Below, piece by piece: positions 61,376 through 64,000 of a stretch of DNA of 64,000 nucleotides. A program made the position numbers and the translations under genes. The notes beneath the pieces were generated by a model, which made no database searches, was not told the origin of the DNA, and was given only the letters and a program-made list of their open reading frames with translations. Each line of letters begins with the position of its first letter. Positions within the stretch are counted from its first letter, which is position 1. Source of the stretch: a bacterium (GTDB taxonomy: Bacteria > Zhuqueibacterota > Zhuqueibacteria > Residuimicrobiales > Krinioviventaceae); NCBI GenBank assembly GCA_963674595.2, contig CAXXFV010000023.1:384001-448000 (forward strand), read 5' to 3'.

Positions 61376-62896
61376 ATGCGCATGAAAATATTTTCAACCA
61401 TTATTTGTTTTGTTGCCATATTTACTCAGGCATTGTTGGGTGAAAATCCTGAAATTCAAAATATTGGAACACAGCGGGAATTGTTTGTCGATTCCACGCT
61501 TGTTGCGGAATTCCAGGGTAATGCCCGGATGAGACTGCACCATCCGCAACGCCGGAACATTGTCCTCGTACATGATGACCCCTGGGAAGGCAGCGGCTGC
61601 GGTTACAATACGGTTTTTAAGGATAAAGATATTTATCGGATGTATTACAAAGCCTGGCATATTGATCTTGGTGGCAATGTTTCAAATCCGGTGGTTATCT
61701 GTTATGCTGAAAGTAACGACGGTATAACCTGGACCAAACCGAATTTGGGCCTGGTCGAGTTTAACGGATCGACAAATAATAATATTATCCTTGATAAAAT
61801 AGGCGATTATGGATGTCATGATTTTACACCCTTTATCGATACACGTCCCGGTGTTCCTGATGAACAGCGTTACAAAGCTATCGGCTTTGCCAGAGGGATG
61901 GAAGAAACTAAAAAAGGATTATACGGTTTTATATCAGCGGATGGCATTCATTGGAAAACAATTCAGGATGATGTTATCATTCAAGAAGATGGCTGGGTTT
62001 TCGATACACAGAATATCGCTTTCTGGTCAGAGGCTGAAAAACAATATGTGATGTATTACCGCAGAACTGTTGATAATATTCGGAATGTTGCCCGTGCTAT
62101 TTCAAAGGACTTTATTCATTGGGAAAAAGAAGGGCTTTTGGACTTTCAGCAAAGAGACCCAAATTCTTTGGAGCAGTTTTATACCAATCAGATCAAACCC
62201 TATTATCGTGCGCCGCACATTTATATCGGATTTCCTTCCCGATATTGTGACCGGGGCTGGATAGACGCTACAGAAGCCCTGCCTTCGCCGGAGTTACGAA
62301 AGGACCGGGCAAAAGGTAAAACCCGTTATGGTTCCGCCGTTACCGATGCGCTGCTTGTTGCGAGTCGTAATGGTCAGAGTTTTTACAGATGGGACGATGC
62401 CTTTATCCGACCCGGATTAAGGACCCGTCACAATTGGGCCTATGGTGATAATTATATTGCCTGGCATGTTGTTGAAACAGCATCCGAGTTTGATGATCAG
62501 CCAACTGAACTTTCTCTCTATGCCACAGAAAGTTATTTTACAGGTACATCTTCCAGGCTGCGCCGATATACATTACGGCTTGATGGATTTGCATCTGTTT
62601 ACGCCCCCCATGATGGCGGTGAGGTCCTTACCAAACCTTTTATATTCAAGGGAGATAATCTGGAATTGAATTTTTCAACATCTGCGGGTGGATCGATCTT
62701 TGTTGAAATTCAGGACCAGGCCGGTAATCCCATTCCCGGATTTCAGTTTGATCAATGTCAGCAAATTTTTGGTGATGCGCTGGATTATGTTGTGAAATGG
62801 ACCGACCAAAGTGATTTGTCTGCTTTGGTTGGAAAATCGGTCAGGTTGTGTTTCAAGTTGCGGGAGGCTGATGTTTTTTCTTTTCGTTTTTATTAA
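61376..62896 (+). CDS. Secreted beta-propeller protein, paralog of 41679-43133
   Basis: RELFVD, PWEG, YRMYY, YAESNDGITWTKP, FDTQN..FW, PYYRAP, FIRPG, LRRYTLRLDGFAS. Confidence 0.65.
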   Translation: MRMKIFSTIICFVAIFTQALLGENPEIQNIGTQRELFVDSTLVAEFQGNARMRLHHPQRRNIVLVHDDPWEGSGCGYNTVFKDKDIYRMYYKAWHIDLGGNVSNPVVICYAESNDGITWTKPNLGLVEFNGSTNNNIILDKIGDYGCHDFTPFIDTRPGVPDEQRYKAIGFARGMEETKKGLYGFISADGIHWKTIQDDVIIQEDGWVFDTQNIAFWSEAEKQYVMYYRRTVDNIRNVARAISKDFIHWEKEGLLDFQQRDPNSLEQFYTNQIKPYYRAPHIYIGFPSRYCDRGWIDATEALPSPELRKDRAKGKTRYGSAVTDALLVASRNGQSFYRWDDAFIRPGLRTRHNWAYGDNYIAWHVVETASEFDDQPTELSLYATESYFTGTSSRLRRYTLRLDGFASVYAPHDGGEVLTKPFIFKGDNLELNFSTSAGGSIFVEIQDQAGNPIPGFQFDQCQQIFGDALDYVVKWTDQSDLSALVGKSVRLCFKLREADVFSFRFY

Positions 62897-62980
62897 AATG
62901 TTTTGAAAATGATTTGTAAAAAAGTATATTGGCCGATTATATAACGGGGATAGATTTTATTAATTTTTGGAGTTTTACTT

Positions 62981-63787
62981 ATGCAGGTTCGAGAAAGTAA
63001 TGTTTTAAAAAAATTGAGAAACGGTGAATTGGTCGTTAGTGTAAAAACCAACCTGGCTGAACCCCGGATTGTGGAAATAGCTGCCATGTGTGGCTATGAT
63101 TGTATGTGGCTTTGTATGGAGCATGTTCCGAATGACTGGAATGTTATTGAAAATCAGATACGGGCTGCCAAGATACATAATATGGATACGGTCGTGCGGG
63201 TGTCGCGCGGTTCCTATAGCGAGCTTGTTAAACCATTTGAGGCGGACGCTTCCGGTATTATGGTGCCGCATGTTATGGGGCTTGAGGACGCAAAAAATGT
63301 TGTCCGGCAGACACGGTTTGCCCCCATAGGACGACGACCGGTGGATGGAGGGAATACCGATGGCGCTTTTTGTATGGTGGATTTTAAAGAGTATTTGAAA
63401 AGTTCAAATGAACAAAAATTTGTTATTATCCAGATTGAAGATCCGGAACCGTTGCAGGAACTCGATGAAATTGCCGCACTGGATGGAATTGATATGTTGT
63501 TTTTTGGCCCTGGTGATTTCAGCCACAGCATCGGAGCGCCGGGCCAATGGGACCATCCGGAAATAACGCAGGCACGTGAAAAAATAGCACAAGCGGCTGC
63601 AAAACATGGCAAGTTTGCCGGTACTGTCGGCAGTTTGGATTCTCTGCAGGAGCTTACGGATATGGGTTATCAGTTTATCAATATCGGTGTCGATATTCTG
63701 GGACTGATTGACTATTTTAAAAATATAACGGCAACCGTCAAACAGAAAAAGATTGATTTGTCGAATATAAAAAGTGTATACAAATAA
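62981..63787 (+). CDS. HpcH/HpaI family class II pyruvate aldolase
   Basis: W..MEH, VRV, GIMVPHV, P.GRR, QIE, FGPGD. Confidence 0.92.
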   Translation: MQVRESNVLKKLRNGELVVSVKTNLAEPRIVEIAAMCGYDCMWLCMEHVPNDWNVIENQIRAAKIHNMDTVVRVSRGSYSELVKPFEADASGIMVPHVMGLEDAKNVVRQTRFAPIGRRPVDGGNTDGAFCMVDFKEYLKSSNEQKFVIIQIEDPEPLQELDEIAALDGIDMLFFGPGDFSHSIGAPGQWDHPEITQAREKIAQAAAKHGKFAGTVGSLDSLQELTDMGYQFINIGVDILGLIDYFKNITATVKQKKIDLSNIKSVYK

Positions 63788-63798
63788 GGATATAATTT

Positions 63799-64000
63799 AT
63801 GAACAGATTATCCGGTGTTATTGCAGCTATTCCGACACCGCTTGACAAGAATGAAAATGTAAACGTTTCGGATTTGAAAAAACTTGTTGATCATGTCATT
63901 TCCGAAGGCGCATCCGGAATCTTTGTACTAGGAAGTATGGGCGAAGGTCCTGCGCTTATGGATGATCAAAAATTATTTGTCGTTAAAGAAGCTGTTAGCC
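63799..64000 (+). CDS. DHDPS/N-acetylneuraminate lyase family protein (3'-partial)
   Basis: Manual translation MNRLSGVIAAIPTPLDKNENVN...GASGIFVLGSMGEG; AAGGA RBS; runs off the window. Confidence 0.85.
   Translation, partial: MNRLSGVIAAIPTPLDKNENVNVSDLKKLVDHVISEGASGIFVLGSMGEGPALMDDQKLFVVKEAVS

Overview
Gene-dense bacterial window of roughly 40% GC (estimated by eye). The C-terminal 'L-Q-N-Y/F-P-N-P-F-N' FlgD-Ig/T9SS-like tails, the TonB receptor and the many secreted carbohydrate enzymes suggest an FCB-group diderm such as KSB1 or Calditrichota; this is inference. Positions 1-37 kb mix housekeeping genes (ABC-F, POT transporter, pyk plus PTS IIA, serC, archaeal-type thyA, tRNA-Arg) with secreted hydrolases (GH116, GH109, GH172, CocE, SGNH, DUF1080, beta-helix). 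The most striking feature lies at 37.6-40.5 kb. A 105-aa His/Cys-rich, membrane-targeted leader ORF carries a RAPP ribosome-arrest motif near its C-terminus. The last RAPP codon starts an 11-bp perfect hairpin that sequesters the Shine-Dalgarno of the downstream TonB-dependent receptor, which makes this a candidate metal-sensing translational attenuator with a non-canonical CxxH motif. From 40.9 kb to the window end there is a co-directional locus of at least 20 genes headed by a DeoR regulator, with a near-consensus promoter and two arrays of 10-bp operator repeats. It looks like an undescribed catabolic pathway for an N-acylated amino-sugar or ulosonic acid. Two genes carry single-base frameshifts that are probably assembly errors. 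I found no mobile elements or CRISPR arrays.
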